Positions 23,240 through 24,000 of a DNA stretch of 24,000 nucleotides are shown in pieces (the first letter of the stretch is position 1; every line of letters begins with the position of its first letter). Origin of the DNA: an uncultured Chloroflexia bacterium (GTDB lineage Bacteria; Chloroflexota; Anaerolineae; Anaerolineales; UBA4823); the NCBI GenBank assembly GCA_963770655.1, contig CAVYQO010000009.1, forward strand, positions 69,084-93,083, in the 5' to 3' direction. The translations under genes were made by a program, and so were the position numbers. Below the pieces are notes generated by a model. It worked only from the letters and a program-made list of their open reading frames with translations, did no database searches and was not told where the DNA came from.

Positions 23240-24000
23240 ATGCGATTAATCATTACGGGTGGAACCGGCCTGATCGGAACAGCCCTGGCAAAGGCCTTGG
23301 CAAAAAATGGCGATGAAGTGATCTTGCTCAGCAGAAATCCAGAACACTTTCACGAGTCGCTTCCCACCGGCGTTCGCTTACAGCGCTGGGATGGAAAAAC
23401 AGCCACGGGCTGGGGAGATCTCGTGAGTAAGGATAGTGGGATTATCAATCTAGCCGGAGCAAACTTAAGCTCGGGACGTTGGACCAGCCAGCGAAAGCAG
23501 GAAATCCTGCTCAGCCGTATCCAGGCCGGCGAGGCTGTGGTCCAGGCGATCCAGCAGGCGAAGGACAAACCGCAGGTGCTGCTCCAATCTTCTGCGGTGG
23601 GTTACTACGGTTCGCGGGGCGATGAAACCATCACCGAAAAGACCCCTGCCGGGGATGATTTCGCCAGCCAGGTGACTATCGCTTGGGAAAAATCAACCGG
23701 CGCGGTGGAGCAAATTGGGGTAAGGCGGGTCATTATCCGAACAGGGGTGGTATTATCACAAAGCGGCGGGGCGCTTCCACAAATGCTATTGCCGTTTCGG
23801 CTGTTTACCGGTGGGCCGATCGCGAATGGAAAGCAATGGTTTCCCTGGATCCATATGGATGATGAAGTGGCCGCGATTATCTTTCTGCTTCAGCATCCGG
23901 ATACGGTTGGAATTTACAATTTATCTGCCCCCTACCCTGTTCAAAATCGGGAGTTCGCTCAGGCGATTGGGAAACAAATTCACCGGCCTGCTGCCCTCCC
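23240..24000 (+). CDS. YfcH/TIGR01777-type (SDR39U1-like) epimerase family protein, 3' end beyond the window
   Basis: Not in the ORF track because no stop is reached. Translation from ATG 23240 is open to the edge: MRLIITGGTGLIGTALAKAL...INLAGANLSSGRWT...RTGVVLSQSGGALPQMLLPFRLFTGGPIANGKQWFPWIHMDD. Confidence 0.8.
   Translation, partial: MRLIITGGTGLIGTALAKALAKNGDEVILLSRNPEHFHESLPTGVRLQRWDGKTATGWGDLVSKDSGIINLAGANLSSGRWTSQRKQEILLSRIQAGEAVVQAIQQAKDKPQVLLQSSAVGYYGSRGDETITEKTPAGDDFASQVTIAWEKSTGAVEQIGVRRVIIRTGVVLSQSGGALPQMLLPFRLFTGGPIANGKQWFPWIHMDDEVAAIIFLLQHPDTVGIYNLSAPYPVQNREFAQAIGKQIHRPAAL

Noticed and set aside
1-24000. Scan for CRISPR repeats, tRNA/rRNA/tmRNA-like sequences, IS elements, integrases, toxin-antitoxin pairs and defence-system genes
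   Set aside because: I could see no regularly spaced direct repeats, no cloverleaf-capable intergenic sequence (intergenic gaps are mostly under 120 bp), and no transposase/recombinase-like or nuclease/ATPase defence-type ORFs. Apart from its last ~4 kb, the window looks like core chromosome.

Overview
Densely packed, mostly housekeeping bacterial chromosome segment of about 27 protein genes. By eye I found no rRNA, tRNA, CRISPR array, transposase, integrase or terminal inverted repeats. Minus strand, right to left: moaC, moaD, moaE, a ThrC-family PLP enzyme, fabF, and the first ~18 codons of an unidentified gene that leaves the left edge. Plus strand: ftsY, prfB, a very large lipobox-bearing polytopic membrane protein, rpmF, fabD, fabG, an Asp23-family protein, nusB, tatA, tatC. 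Next comes a seven-gene operon that reads as a leucine/isovalerate-type catabolic cluster: methylcrotonyl-CoA carboxylase beta, an atypical SDR, biotin carboxylase, a separate BT/BCCP protein, a MaoC-fold hydratase, a CitE-fold acyl-CoA lyase and a VOC-fold protein. After it lie a secreted Cys-rich/Pro-Thr-linker protein and a SAM methyltransferase. A CarH/LitR-type MerR-B12 regulator follows on the minus strand, and a YfcH/TIGR01777-type epimerase is transcribed divergently from it and leaves the right edge. The protein sequences and the Asp23-nusB linkage suggest a Chloroflexota/Anaerolineae-like organism, but that is a low-confidence impression I cannot verify without a search. The most unusual thing visible in the sequence is five separate reading-frame breaks, in fabF, prfB, the membrane protein, the VOC protein and the secreted protein. 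Each one is repaired by skipping exactly one base (+1), and they come on top of the canonical programmed +1 site of prfB. Insertion-type consensus errors are the most economical explanation, but this needs checking. I did not find a convincing novel defence or mobile system. The best candidates for follow-up are the predicted light/B12-sensing CarH-like regulator with its divergent promoter region, the MaoC+CitE version of the leucine pathway with a split carboxylase alpha subunit, the back-to-back apparently leaderless moaC/ftsY promoters, and the uncharacterised secreted protein.
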